Origin: a virus
Taxonomy: Duplodnaviria > Caudoviricetes
Length of the DNA stretch: 62,795 bases
Virus record (IMG/VR): IMGVR_UViG_3300027754_000090
Span: 1 to 62,795 of that record
Direction: 5' to 3' (one strand)
The notes under the pieces were generated by a model that was not told where the DNA came from, searched no databases, and saw only the letters and a program-made list of their open reading frames with translations. The translations under genes were made by a program, and so were the position numbers. Each line of letters starts with the position of its first letter. The first letter of the stretch is position 1. Positions 30,288 to 40,310 of the stretch are shown one piece after another.

Positions 30288-30599
30288 ATGCCACAGCCCA
30301 ACACAGTCGAACGCACTAGAATTGAAATCAAGACTGATTTAACTCAGCCCACCGAATACAGTGTGATCTATGTAAATGATGAGATGACCACTGTTGATTT
30401 TGTGATATCATCACTGATGGAGGTATTTAGTTACAGTATCACCGATGCTGTCGACATGACTCAGACTATTCACGACCAGGGTCACGCCAGGGTAGCAGTG
30501 CTACCATACGAACTGGCTGAACAGAAAACACTGGAGGTATTGACCCTAGCGAAGCTGTCAGGGTACCCCCTGGTGGTCAAAGTAGAACCCGTGATCTAA
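30288..30599 (+). CDS. clpS: Clp adaptor ClpS
   Basis: YSVIYVNDEMTTVDFV, IHDQG.A, ELAEQK, GYPL. Confidence 0.88.
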   Translation: MPQPNTVERTRIEIKTDLTQPTEYSVIYVNDEMTTVDFVISSLMEVFSYSITDAVDMTQTIHDQGHARVAVLPYELAEQKTLEVLTLAKLSGYPLVVKVEPVI

Positions 30600-31327
30600 A
30601 TTTCCACTCTCAGAGGAAAGTATTCAAACCCCAAGCTGTCTTTGGGGTTTCCTCTGGGATTACTGACATATTTACAGTGATCCATCTGATAGTTCACACA
30701 TCTGGGCCAATGACCAAAGCACCAGTGGCTGATCTTGTGTCTGGTGTCTTCCATTTCCACATAATCACTGGCATCCACTGCCAGGTGATCAGTGGACACT
30801 GATGCGTTGATTAGTTCGGAATTGGGCACCGTGTGGCTGATCACCACGATCTTAGCCACATCTGCTCTGCTCTGCAGCCGATGAGTGGCATGCCGCAGAA
30901 ACTCCAGATCAGCATGATGTAGTGACAACAAGCGCATATCAGTGGTCCACTGATCATCTGAAATAGCTCCAAATCCAGTGGGGGCTTGCCATAGATTGGC
31001 CGCCACAAAGGCAACATCGTTGATGATCACCACCTGCTCAAACATGTAATTGATATTGGTGTGTTGTAGCTTCTTAAGCAGATAATTACGAGTGCTGTCC
31101 ACCGTGCTGAGACTCTGATGTTCCAGGTCACCATCTATATACAGCACCTGGCGATAGTTTTCAGCAATGCGACGTAGTTCATACACCGTGCGATCCAGAT
31201 CTGCACTGAGATCACCCGCAACCACACCAATCAGACTGGTAGGCAAGCCAGTCCACTGAATGTGGTTAGGCCAGTGATCCAGATACAGGTCTGACATAAG
31301 ATCGAATGCAAAGTTATCTTTAAACAT
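30596..31327 (-). CDS. Calcineurin-like metallophosphoesterase, divergent
   Basis: SDLYLD, VAGDL, ISHTVP, WCFGH, SNPRG; GNH replaced by GDL. Confidence 0.7.
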   Translation of the reverse strand: MFKDNFAFDLMSDLYLDHWPNHIQWTGLPTSLIGVVAGDLSADLDRTVYELRRIAENYRQVLYIDGDLEHQSLSTVDSTRNYLLKKLQHTNINYMFEQVVIINDVAFVAANLWQAPTGFGAISDDQWTTDMRLLSLHHADLEFLRHATHRLQSRADVAKIVVISHTVPNSELINASVSTDHLAVDASDYVEMEDTRHKISHWCFGHWPRCVNYQMDHCKYVSNPRGNPKDSLGFEYFPLRVEI

Positions 31328-31370
31328 ATCAGTATTTACTCTTGATGCGTAAATATGTTACACTTAAAGT

Positions 31371-33356
31371 ATGAGAGTTCACAAGATATCCACTAGTAGT
31401 CTGCTGCAAGTATGGTATCGTATAAGATTTGCTGTGTTCGTCACATTGCTCAGCATGGTATTGATCTATTTGCGTTATGGCACCACTGACTTCACTCAGT
31501 ATCTGGCGCTGAGAGGCAACGATCTGATGCAGCTGATGGCTCCCACAGTGACTGCCAAGAATGTGGTGCTGATGGAAATCACTGATGCCGACACTGATGG
31601 GCAGGGACAGTGGCCCTGGCCCAGAAAAAATCTGGGCACACTGGTGCAGAGATTGAGAAATGCTGGCGCGGGAGTGATTGTGTTTGTGGATGTATTTTCT
31701 GAGCCGGATCTGGCTCGCACTGACGCTGATTTTGGTCGAGCCATTGCTGAAAACGGTGTGGTGCTGGCTCGCAGTGTGCAGGCTGGTCAGGTCAAAGATC
31801 CAGTGAGTGACCTCTCGGGCTCAGCGTCAGCAGTGGGCTTTGCTGATGTGGCTGTGGATTCAGATGGAGTGGTGCGCCGCATGGACCTGATCGCACTGAA
31901 AGATGACCGTGTATATTACAGTCTGGGCGTGGAATCATTGCGAGCTTTGACTGGCGACCTTCGTCCCAGTATGCATTCAGGCACTGACTCAGTCAGTGTG
32001 GGCTTGACTGGTGTGGAGCCCTGGGTCATCAATAACCAGAATCGTTGGCGGATCAAATACAATCGTGACATACCCACACTGAAATTCAGTGATGCTGACC
32101 TGAGTCTGGTTAAAAATCGTGTGGTGATTGTGGGTGTGGCCACCCATGCTGTCAACAACTGGGTCAGAACACCCGTGGGTGGCCGGCGTATACAGTGGGT
32201 GCAGGCTCAGTATTTACAGAGCTTGTTTGATCGCAACAATCTCATCACTCCGCCCTGGGCTGACCTGCTGGAAGTATTGATCAGCACACTGATCATCACC
32301 AGCATTCTCAAAGCGGCGAAAAACAACACGCCCTATGCCTGTATTCCAGTGTATCTCAGTGGCATTGTAGTAACCACACTGGGCAGCTGGATGTTGTTCA
32401 ACGCTGGCAGCATGGTAGTGGATTGGGCTTGGCCAGTGCTCAGCAGCACCAGTGTGTTTGCTCTGACCTTTTATTATCATCTGGCACGCAAACGCAGTGC
32501 GGAGCGCACTGTATTTAAACAGTTTGGTGGCAGTGTTAGCAACACAGTATTGAAGACCCTGCAACAGAACCCCAGCATGGTGAAAACCACAGGCGAACTC
32601 AAAGAACTCAGTGTGTTGTATGCTGATCTCAGAGGATTTGCTGGACTGGCACAGAGCTACAGTGGTAATGCTGAAGGCCTGGTGCAGCTGGTACATGGTT
32701 ATATGGATCAGATCTTGCCCACGATCACCAGCAACACTGGCACAGTGGACAAGCTGACCGGAGATGGCTTCATGGCATTCTGGAACGCTCCGTTGGACGT
32801 AACCAATCATGCGGCGCAGGCTGTAAAAACTGCTACAGAAATTTTAGCTCAGATTCACAATATCAATCAGCTGCTAACTCCAGAAGAGTCACCACTGTGC
32901 CTGGACATTGGCATCAATACTGGCGCAGCAGTGGTGGGCAACACTGGTAGTCAGAGAAAATTCAACTATACTTGTATGGGCGAATCTGCTCGCACGGCTG
33001 ACAATCTGGAACTGATGTGTAAGCAATATGGTGTCAACTTGCTGCTGGGCGAGCAAACCGCGGCTCAGGTCAGAGATCAATATGCAGTGGTGGAACTAGA
33101 TACAGTGTTCGCTGAGAGTGGGGCAGCCATGCGGGTGTTCACTGTGGTCATTGCTGGTCAGCTGGAGCAAATTCAGGATCAGCACGGTCGTATGTTGGAA
33201 AACTACTATGCCAGCCGATATGACGGTGCTCTGAAACAGTGCCGTGAGCTTAAGAATACCGGAGTGCTCACTGAATATTATACTCTAATGCTGGCCAAGG
33301 TGCGTGGTCTCAGGGCAGCACAGCGTGATGCTGAGTTGGTGGATTCCACCAACTAG
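31371..33356 (+). CDS. CHASE2-domain membrane class III nucleotidyl cyclase-like protein
   Basis: GQWPWPR CHASE2 motif, TM helices, ADLRGF, DKLTGDGFMAFWNAP, GINTG...GN.G. Confidence 0.88.
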   Translation: MRVHKISTSSLLQVWYRIRFAVFVTLLSMVLIYLRYGTTDFTQYLALRGNDLMQLMAPTVTAKNVVLMEITDADTDGQGQWPWPRKNLGTLVQRLRNAGAGVIVFVDVFSEPDLARTDADFGRAIAENGVVLARSVQAGQVKDPVSDLSGSASAVGFADVAVDSDGVVRRMDLIALKDDRVYYSLGVESLRALTGDLRPSMHSGTDSVSVGLTGVEPWVINNQNRWRIKYNRDIPTLKFSDADLSLVKNRVVIVGVATHAVNNWVRTPVGGRRIQWVQAQYLQSLFDRNNLITPPWADLLEVLISTLIITSILKAAKNNTPYACIPVYLSGIVVTTLGSWMLFNAGSMVVDWAWPVLSSTSVFALTFYYHLARKRSAERTVFKQFGGSVSNTVLKTLQQNPSMVKTTGELKELSVLYADLRGFAGLAQSYSGNAEGLVQLVHGYMDQILPTITSNTGTVDKLTGDGFMAFWNAPLDVTNHAAQAVKTATEILAQIHNINQLLTPEESPLCLDIGINTGAAVVGNTGSQRKFNYTCMGESARTADNLELMCKQYGVNLLLGEQTAAQVRDQYAVVELDTVFAESGAAMRVFTVVIAGQLEQIQDQHGRMLENYYASRYDGALKQCRELKNTGVLTEYYTLMLAKVRGLRAAQRDAELVDSTN

Positions 33357-33369
33357 CCATAAATATCTG

Positions 33370-34005
33370 GTGATGCAGAAACCTATTGCCAGCGCCGAGT
33401 ATTTCAGCAGGCTCCGGGCGAGTCTGGGGCACCATGTACTGACTGAACAATGCGTTCGTAGATATGAATGCGTGGTCAGCAACATTCAGGGAACAGATGT
33501 GGCCCAGACTCAGAGCTGCTGGTTGAGCTATCCTGTGCTGAATCTGAGTCAACGCTATCACACAGTATTGGCCACAGATGAATATTTCAGCTATGCTGGC
33601 AGTGTGGATGCTCAGCAGGCGCTGATTCAGCAGGTGGTGCGCACTGTGGAACATCGCTTAATCATCACTGTGCGAGATTTTAAAAACTCCAATCGCAGTG
33701 AGATGGATCGTACCTTTAGCCTGAATTCAGCCAGTGGTCGCAGCACACTTGCTGAATTCACCACACCAGTCAGCACTGATCGCCAGTGCTGGCAACATCA
33801 TACCTACATTATTAACCAACCAGCTGACGCTGCTGTGAGTTTGACCACTGTGGGCACAGTGCAACGCAGAGCTGTGTATTTCAAACAATTGGCCAAATTT
33901 TGTTTTGATGCTGGCTGCCGAAATTTTCAGGTGATGCCCAATGCGTTTTACCGTCCCATGTTTCAGCGTCACGCTGAGCACATCATCTTGGTAGACTTCG
34001 CCTAG
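33370..34005 (+). CDS. Hypothetical protein (possible degenerate methyltransferase fold)
   Basis: TAAATA upstream; VLATDEYFSY, RRAVYFKQLA. Confidence 0.5.
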   Translation: MMQKPIASAEYFSRLRASLGHHVLTEQCVRRYECVVSNIQGTDVAQTQSCWLSYPVLNLSQRYHTVLATDEYFSYAGSVDAQQALIQQVVRTVEHRLIITVRDFKNSNRSEMDRTFSLNSASGRSTLAEFTTPVSTDRQCWQHHTYIINQPADAAVSLTTVGTVQRRAVYFKQLAKFCFDAGCRNFQVMPNAFYRPMFQRHAEHIILVDFA

Positions 34006-34044
34006 TGTCTTGACAGCATCGCTGTCGTCTGCTACAATCAAGGT

Positions 34045-34284
34045 ATGACTGCGCGACTCATGGGCGTTGACTGGGAGGTTACTCAACATTCGCATGGTAT
34101 GATACTCACTCATCCACAGCCCATGGTCTCCACATTTATCACTGTGAAAAAACTAAGCCAGCATCTCAGGTTTAATAAACTGGGGAAACTACTGAGCTTT
34201 CGATCAGTAATGGTATACGGTGGGCTGGGTAACCTGGCATGGTTGCAGTTGACTCTGCCAGCAGAGGACTCTCTATGCACTTGA
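34045..34284 (+). CDS. Small early protein (leaderless)
   Basis: TTGACA-N17-TACAAT-N6-ATG. Confidence 0.6.
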   Translation: MTARLMGVDWEVTQHSHGMILTHPQPMVSTFITVKKLSQHLRFNKLGKLLSFRSVMVYGGLGNLAWLQLTLPAEDSLCT

Positions 34285-34505
34285 CTGGCGATGAGATTCG
34301 TGTGATAGACCCCGTGGTGAGCAGGATGTTCAAAGCATGGGATTATTGGCAACTGAATCGTGATGGAATACCAGATTACGGTTTTCAGGAGTGGATGCGC
34401 AACGAGTATGGATTCACATACACTGGCCATCAGCGGGGCCCGTATGCTCTCAGAGTCACAGTGACGGATCCCGCTAAGTTTGCATGGTTCCTACTGAAAT
34501 GGTAG
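34275..34505 (+). CDS. Small protein ending AWFLLKW
   Basis: GAGGA RBS before ATG 34275. Confidence 0.55.
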   Translation: MHLTGDEIRVIDPVVSRMFKAWDYWQLNRDGIPDYGFQEWMRNEYGFTYTGHQRGPYALRVTVTDPAKFAWFLLKW

Positions 34506-34762
34506 GACGAGATAAGGCCAGACCAGTACCACCACAACCTGAGTTGACTCGCGGAGCAGTGGTCAATATACCATGGCCGTCAGAAGCGGTGTCACGAGAA
34601 TATGTGCAGTGGTTGAATCTCACTGTGGGTGAGCAGTGGGCAACCTGGCAGTGGAGATATCTCGGCCGGTCCCAGGGTTGTATTTGGTTTTCTGACCCAG
34701 CCATGGCCAGCTGGTTTATACTTAGGTGGGGGATTGACAACGTCGCAGTGTGTTTGCTATAA
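34499..34762 (+). CDS. Small protein with ASWFILRWG motif
   Basis: Overlapping start; shares a C-terminal motif with the previous ORF. Confidence 0.5.
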   Translation: MVGRDKARPVPPQPELTRGAVVNIPWPSEAVSREYVQWLNLTVGEQWATWQWRYLGRSQGCIWFSDPAMASWFILRWGIDNVAVCLL

Positions 34763-34769
34763 TTACTGA

Positions 34770-35099
34770 GTGAAGATTCCCAGCTGGTACTGGTACCAAG
34801 AATTCTTGAGGTTAAGTAGACCTACACAGAACTGGGGTTGGGCCAAACGATGGAATATAATTGGGCTCGTGGCCATCCATCTGATGGTGATAAATATGTT
34901 GATATACTTCACGATGTTGGGTTTATTGGCGTGTGCCCCGCTACCGAACCGGTTGGTGATGGCCACGGCCGCGATCACGATGACGAGTACCATAATAGCC
35001 GTGACAGTGGGTATGTTCGCAACGCACCTGCGTAACCTCGCTGACAAGAAGCAAGATAAATTTATGCGTATTCTCACAGGCAATTATTATGACTTCTAA
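34770..35099 (+). CDS. Two-TM membrane protein (leaderless)
   Basis: TTGACA-N18-TATAAT-N6-GTG; two hydrophobic helices. Confidence 0.6.
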   Translation: MKIPSWYWYQEFLRLSRPTQNWGWAKRWNIIGLVAIHLMVINMLIYFTMLGLLACAPLPNRLVMATAAITMTSTIIAVTVGMFATHLRNLADKKQDKFMRILTGNYYDF

Positions 35100-36114
35100 A
35101 CTGGGGTTCTGCTGTAAATTCCTCTCCACTGAGCCAGCTGCCAACGGGCAGATGTTGGTAACCACTGACTCTGAGCTCAATGGTCGCAGCACCACAGTGG
35201 CCTGGCTGAATCGTCAGACCACTGCGGTGGCTGAGCGACGGCTCTGGGATATCATGCAGCACAATATCGATGCCATTAGCAATATGGTTGAAGCTGTGGC
35301 TCAGTTACCACCCGTGCAGCATATGGTGCGCATTGGTTCAGAAACACTGCCCATGTACACTCAACCAGATTGGAAATATTTCTGGGCACAGTCTGATGTG
35401 CGTACCTATTGTGCCCAACATTTTGCTATCGTGGGCGCTCGTGCTCGAGAACTGGGTATCAGACTCAGCTTTCATCCTGGTCAGTTCTGTTGCATTGCAT
35501 CTGAAAATCCTGAAGTGGTACGCCGCAGCCTGGAAGAGTTTGAGTATCATACTGACATAGCACGCTGGATGGGTTATGGCACTGATTGGCATGATCATGG
35601 CTTCAAGATCAATATACACATGAGTGGTCGTCGTGGTGCTGTGGGTTTCCGTGAAAGTCTAGGTCAGCTCAGCCCTGAAGCTCGCAACCTGATCACTGTG
35701 GAAAATGACGAGAATAGTCACGGACTGGAAGATGTACTACAGGTCAGTGATGTGTGTGCTGTGGTGATGGATGTCCATCATCATTGGATTCGTGCTGGTG
35801 AATATATTCAGCCTGACGATGCTCGTGTACGGCAGGTAATTGACAGCTGGCGCGGAGTGAATCCTGTGATGCATTTCAGTCAGAGTCGTGAAGATCTGCT
35901 AGTGGGGCATGATCCCAATGTGCTGCCTGATATGAGTTCACTACTAGCACAGGGCTATGGCAAACAGAAGCTCCGCGCACACAGTGATTTTCTCTGGAAC
36001 AACGCAGCAAATCAGTGGGCTCGGAGCTTTTTTGATACCTTTAGCATTCAAACTGAAGCCAAAGCCAAGAACTTGGCTAGTGCTCAGTTGGCTGCCGTTA
36101 TCGCTTCTTCTTAG
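35089..36114 (+). CDS. uvsE: UV-damage endonuclease (UvsE/UVDE)
   Basis: LGFCC, RLSFHPGQF, INIH, ITVENDE, DVHHH, RAHSD, EAKAK. Confidence 0.9.
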   Translation: MTSKLGFCCKFLSTEPAANGQMLVTTDSELNGRSTTVAWLNRQTTAVAERRLWDIMQHNIDAISNMVEAVAQLPPVQHMVRIGSETLPMYTQPDWKYFWAQSDVRTYCAQHFAIVGARARELGIRLSFHPGQFCCIASENPEVVRRSLEEFEYHTDIARWMGYGTDWHDHGFKINIHMSGRRGAVGFRESLGQLSPEARNLITVENDENSHGLEDVLQVSDVCAVVMDVHHHWIRAGEYIQPDDARVRQVIDSWRGVNPVMHFSQSREDLLVGHDPNVLPDMSSLLAQGYGKQKLRAHSDFLWNNAANQWARSFFDTFSIQTEAKAKNLASAQLAAVIASS

Positions 36115-36574
36115 GCTTACCGATAATAGTGATGGTGGGCTTGGTCTTGGGCTTAGTTTCTTTTTTTACCACAGCCTTGGGCTCTTTAGCAGCCTTGGCC
36201 TTGGGCTCTTTAGCAGCCTTGGCCTTGGGCTCTTTAGCAGCCTTGGTCTTTGTAGTTTTGGCAACTTGGGCCTTGACTGGTGCAGCCACCACCGTGGCGA
36301 TGACTTCAGCAATAACTTCAGCGATACCACACCCCGCTACCGTCTCAACCACAGGTTCTACTACTGCCACAGGTTCTACTACTGCCACAGGTTCTGCGAC
36401 TGCTTCAACCACAGGTTCTACTACTGCCACAGGTTCTGCGACTGCTTCAACCACAGGTTCTACTACTGCTGGCAGTTCACAAACGTTGGCAGGCAGCACG
36501 CAAACTGCTGGAGTTGGCTCGGGTTGGACGGCATCATCCTTGATGCCAAACAAATTTTTGATCCATGTAAACAT
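36098..36574 (-). CDS. Low-complexity protein (EPVAVV acidic repeats plus KAAKEP histone-like tail)
   Basis: AGGAG RBS, TAAATA upstream on the minus strand. Confidence 0.65.
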   Translation of the reverse strand: MFTWIKNLFGIKDDAVQPEPTPAVCVLPANVCELPAVVEPVVEAVAEPVAVVEPVVEAVAEPVAVVEPVAVVEPVVETVAGCGIAEVIAEVIATVVAAPVKAQVAKTTKTKAAKEPKAKAAKEPKAKAAKEPKAVVKKETKPKTKPTITIIGKPKKKR

Positions 36575-36670
36575 TTTATCTTCTCCTTTGAAGTATTATT
36601 ATTTAATCAGATCAGATGCTGCCCGGAAATATTTGACAACGATACCACCGTCTTGCTATAATAGCGATAT

Positions 36671-37249
36671 ATGCTTGTTCCAATTGTTGTAGAAAAAACA
36701 TCCAGCGGCGAACGAAGTTATGATATCTTCTCCAGGCTGCTCAAAGACCGTATCGTGTTGCTGAATGATGATGTTAACAATCACACTGCTGGCTTGATTG
36801 TGGCTCAGATGTTGTTCTTGGAAAGTGAAGACCGGACCCAGGACATTCTGTTTTACATCAACAGCCCAGGCGGGTCAGTAACTGATGGCTTGGCCATCTT
36901 GGATACTATTTCCTGTATCAAATGTGACGTCAGTACCATCGTAATGGGTCAGGCATGTAGTATGGGCAGTTTGCTGGCCAGTGCTGGTACTCGAGGTAAG
37001 CGGCTGATGTTGCCCAATAGTCGGCATTTGATTCACCAGCCTCTGGGCGGCGCCCAGGGGCAGGCATCGGATATTGAGATTCAGGCACGGGAAATTGTTC
37101 GCATGAAGCGACAGCTAACTGATATCTATGTGCGCAACACTGGCCAGACCTATGAAACACTAGAACGTGATATGGATCGTGACAACATCATGGATGCTGA
37201 ACAGAGTATTGCCTATGGCTTGGCAGATAAGATCATTCAGCCCAAGTAA
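36671..37249 (+). CDS. clpP: ATP-dependent Clp protease proteolytic subunit
   Basis: [18 protein letters not shown], catalytic CSMG, IHQP, RDN. Confidence 0.95.
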   Translation: MLVPIVVEKTSSGERSYDIFSRLLKDRIVLLNDDVNNHTAGLIVAQMLFLESEDRTQDILFYINSPGGSVTDGLAILDTISCIKCDVSTIVMGQACSMGSLLASAGTRGKRLMLPNSRHLIHQPLGGAQGQASDIEIQAREIVRMKRQLTDIYVRNTGQTYETLERDMDRDNIMDAEQSIAYGLADKIIQPK

Positions 37250-37266
37250 TATTATTTTCAGTCAAA

Positions 37267-37301
37267 GAAAAAGGACGGGAATTGATCCCCGTCCTTTTTT
37301 C
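37267..37301. terminator. Bidirectional intrinsic terminator
   Basis: AAAAAGGACGGG...CCCGTCCTTTTTT between convergent genes. Confidence 0.85.
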
Positions 37302-37317
37302 TGGCTGTACCGCTTCG

Positions 37318-37512
37318 TTACTTCTTTGCAGCAGGAGCAGCCGTGGCAGGCGTTGCCATAATCGGAGCAGCCACAGGCTCTGCGGTGATCACAACGGCGA
37401 CAGCCTTGGCCTTCTTGACCTTCTTGACCTTCTTGACCTTGACAGGAGCGGCCACAGGAGCCTGAGCGAACATCAACCCAGTTGCTACCATCAATGCGAT
37501 TGCGATTTTCAT
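37318..37512 (-). CDS. Small secreted Lys/Ala/Pro-rich protein
   Basis: GGAGG RBS; signal peptide ending MFA-Q; KVKKVKKVKK. Confidence 0.7.
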   Translation of the reverse strand: MKIAIALMVATGLMFAQAPVAAPVKVKKVKKVKKAKAVAVVITAEPVAAPIMATPATAAPAAKK

Positions 37513-37581
37513 AAACTTTTACTACCTCCAGATGTTATTTAATGCAGCTAACAGCCACGCGGAAATTTTCAATGCAGTGTA

Positions 37582-37821
37582 TTACTTCTTGGCTTTATTG
37601 GCTGGTTTCTTTTTCTTCGCAGCCTTCTGTGTCTGCCGTTCAGTATCAGCTTGGACCACAGCAGCTGGTGGTGGTGCTACTGCCTTGGCCTTGGGCATGG
37701 GCTTGGTGGCTTTCTTGGCAGTAGTTTTGGTCACAGGCTTGTTCGTAGTTTTGGTTACAACAGGTGCCTGAGCCCACAATGCAACGGTGGCGGTTAGTAG
37801 AATCAGAATCTTCATTGGCAA
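37582..37821 (-). CDS. Small secreted Lys/Ala/Pro-rich protein
   Basis: AGGAG RBS; signal peptide ending LWA-Q. Confidence 0.7.
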   Translation of the reverse strand: MPMKILILLTATVALWAQAPVVTKTTNKPVTKTTAKKATKPMPKAKAVAPPPAAVVQADTERQTQKAAKKKKPANKAKK

Positions 37822-37936
37822 ATCTCCTGTGTGTATTTATTTAATCATATAGTATTGACAAGACACGTCTTCTGCGCTATAATAATACTATAGCTGGTAT
37901 TACTACCGGCAAATTAAAACAAGGACATAATCAACA

Positions 37937-38164
37937 ATGGCATTTACTAACATTCAGACCTCACAGCGAGACTTCCTGATCGGATATTTGCAAGGCACTG
38001 GCCGTGAACTGAGCCAGGCTCAGGCAGGTAATCTTTTCAATATCAAGAATCTCCGTGCTCGTATGAGCGAAATTCGCAAGGATGGGTATCGTGTTCGCAC
38101 CAGCATCAACACCGCAGGCCGTACTGCTTACGCAGTTAGCCGTCGCATGGTTGGACAGAAGTAA
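37937..38164 (+). CDS. Small winged-helix-like DNA-binding protein
   Basis: ELSQAQA..LFNIKNLRARMSEIRKDG; own promoter (37855) and terminator (38184-38210). Confidence 0.65.
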   Translation: MAFTNIQTSQRDFLIGYLQGTGRELSQAQAGNLFNIKNLRARMSEIRKDGYRVRTSINTAGRTAYAVSRRMVGQK

Positions 38165-38235
38165 TTCTAGTTAGGTAACCGGGCTGGCGGGTGACCGCCA
38201 GCCTTTTTCTTTGGCTTCGTCTACTATCATTGTCA

Positions 38236-38574
38236 ATGACTATCAACACAGATACTTATCTCAGAGGTGCTGATCTCAGAGGTGCTCTCCTCATATGTGC
38301 AGACCTCAGTGGTGCAGACCTCAGTGGTGCAGACCTCAGATTTGCAGACCTCAGTGGCACTGACCTCACTGGTGCAGACCTCACTGGTGCAGACCTCACT
38401 GGTGCAGACCTCAGTGGTGCTGACCTCAGGGAAACCAAGTTCTCCGCAGATCAGGTGATGTGGATGACTTTATCTGGGCAGATCACACCCGATCAAGCTA
38501 GCCAGTGTAAAGTGCAGGAAACACAAGACAATCTCAGGGTTGACACTGCTCAGATCATTTGCTATACTAGCTGA
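38236..38574 (+). CDS. Pentapeptide-repeat protein 1
   Basis: (GADLx)n encoded by 15-bp repeats. Confidence 0.8.
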   Translation: MTINTDTYLRGADLRGALLICADLSGADLSGADLRFADLSGTDLTGADLTGADLTGADLSGADLRETKFSADQVMWMTLSGQITPDQASQCKVQETQDNLRVDTAQIICYTS

Positions 38575-38607
38575 GTAGCAGAAATACACACAGGAGAAAA
38601 AATCATT

Positions 38608-38859
38608 ATGAATTTTATTTTGGTGCCGTTCAAGAAACTTCGAAATGACTTTCGTCGCCAGATACGGTGGCGTCGGCTGAGTGAACGGGATCGCAACATC
38701 CTCGTGGCCGAATCAGAAATGATCAGGCTTCATGCCCGCTGGCAGAGTTTGTTGGCTGCTAAGAAAGCTGACGAAATATCTCGTGCTGAGTGCCGCGTTA
38801 TGGTGCAGAAAGAATATATACGGTTGAATTTTAACACCACTCTGGGCGGTAATGAATAA
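38608..38859 (+). CDS. Small basic early protein
   Basis: Promoter at 38540-38568, AGGAG RBS. Confidence 0.55.
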   Translation: MNFILVPFKKLRNDFRRQIRWRRLSERDRNILVAESEMIRLHARWQSLLAAKKADEISRAECRVMVQKEYIRLNFNTTLGGNE

Positions 38860-39087
38860 CTATCATTTGCACGAGAGGTCGCTCAGACAGCAGAAACATC
38901 CCGCGCAGGATGTCCGGTATCTGGAGCAGTATCGCACCAGTCTGCGATTACAACGCAGGCTGATCAAGCCAGTAACACTGATGGATCGTGTCCGGGTGTG
39001 GGTCAGTAAAGTGTTGCAAACAAAGATCAAATAAATGGTTTGACACTGACCAGATCATTTGCTATCATAGGTAAGTGGGGGGAATAC

Positions 39088-39630
39088 ATGAGCATGATAA
39101 CCGAGTTTGCGGATGTATTACAGTTTGCAGCGAAGCAACATCAGCGGGTGGGCCAGCAGTATCAGCACCACCCCTACAGTTTTCATCTACAACAGGTGGT
39201 CAATGTGTTGCAGGCGGCACAGAATTTAACTGGTTCAGAAATTTCCGAAGTGATTGTCCAGGCTGCCATCTGCCATGATGTGCTGGAAGATACTGGCTTG
39301 ACTTACAACGACCTCAGCAGAGTGGTGGGAGTTGTGGTGGCAGATGTGGTTTATGATGTCACCAACGAGCTGGGCAAGAACCGTGCTGACCGTGCTGAGC
39401 GAACCTATCCCAAGATCGCAGCCAACCCAGCAGCCATTGTGGTCAAGCTGGCTGACCGCATTGCCAACACTGAGTTCAGCCGTGACTCTGACAGCAGCAT
39501 GTGGCGGAAATATGTGGCTGAGTATCCCCGGTTTCGTCACTGTTTGTACCAGTTTTGGCAGTTTGAGTCTTATCCTGAAATGTCAGTGCTGTGGGCCAGA
39601 CTGGATCAGGCCAGCCAGGAGGCTGTGTGA
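39088..39630 (+). CDS. SpoT/Mesh1-like HD-domain hydrolase (small alarmone hydrolase-like)
   Basis: H..Q...PY..H...V, AAICHDVLEDT, VKLADRIAN. Confidence 0.85.
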   Translation: MSMITEFADVLQFAAKQHQRVGQQYQHHPYSFHLQQVVNVLQAAQNLTGSEISEVIVQAAICHDVLEDTGLTYNDLSRVVGVVVADVVYDVTNELGKNRADRAERTYPKIAANPAAIVVKLADRIANTEFSRDSDSSMWRKYVAEYPRFRHCLYQFWQFESYPEMSVLWARLDQASQEAV

Positions 39631-39860
39631 AAGATCTGTTGAACCAACCGCTGGATGTGGGTGATTCTGTGATCAACGTCATCCAACCCACGAGGTGGGA
39701 AGGTGTGAATATTGGCACTGTGCTCAAGTTCACTTTTGACCACAAAGTCCAAGTGGGCTGGCCATTGGGCTGGCCCAGTGATGGGCTCTGTCTGCCCAGC
39801 AGTTTGCTGAAGTTGATGCCCGAACAACTGACGTGGTACTTTATCACGAAAACACCATAA
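39627..39860 (+). CDS. Small SH3/KOW-like protein (paralog of 40786)
   Basis: KDLLNQPLDVGD...PEQLTW. Confidence 0.55.
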   Translation: MKDLLNQPLDVGDSVINVIQPTRWEGVNIGTVLKFTFDHKVQVGWPLGWPSDGLCLPSSLLKLMPEQLTWYFITKTP

Positions 39861-39864
39861 TTAT

Positions 39865-40272
39865 ATGATCATAAACGGGTACACTATCGCACCAGGTAAC
39901 GATCTCAGAGATGCTGACCTCAGAAATTCTAGCCTCAGGCGTGTTGACCTCAAGGGTGCAGACCTCAAGGGTGCAGACCTCAGGGGTGCAGACCTCAGGG
40001 GTGCAGACCTCAGGGGTGCAGACCTCAGGGGTGCAGACCTCAGTGGTACAAACCTCAGGGGTGCAGACCTCATGGGTGCAGACCTCATGGGTGCAGACCT
40101 CAGTGCTGCAGACCTCAGTGGTGCAGACCTCAGAATTGCTTGGTTCTGGGAAACCAAGGTCACAGCAGACCAGTTGATGTGGTTGACTTTATCTGGGCAG
40201 ATCACACCCGATCAAGCTAGCCGTTGTAAAGTGTTGAAAACCAAGGACAAACAAATGGTTGACGCGGCATAG
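39865..40272 (+). CDS. Pentapeptide-repeat protein 2
   Basis: (GADLx)n; C-terminus nearly identical to the 38236 gene. Confidence 0.85.
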   Translation: MIINGYTIAPGNDLRDADLRNSSLRRVDLKGADLKGADLRGADLRGADLRGADLRGADLSGTNLRGADLMGADLMGADLSAADLSGADLRIAWFWETKVTADQLMWLTLSGQITPDQASRCKVLKTKDKQMVDAA

Positions 40273-40310
40273 ACCGTTTGCTATCATAGTTGAGTAAGGA
40301 GAAAATACAC

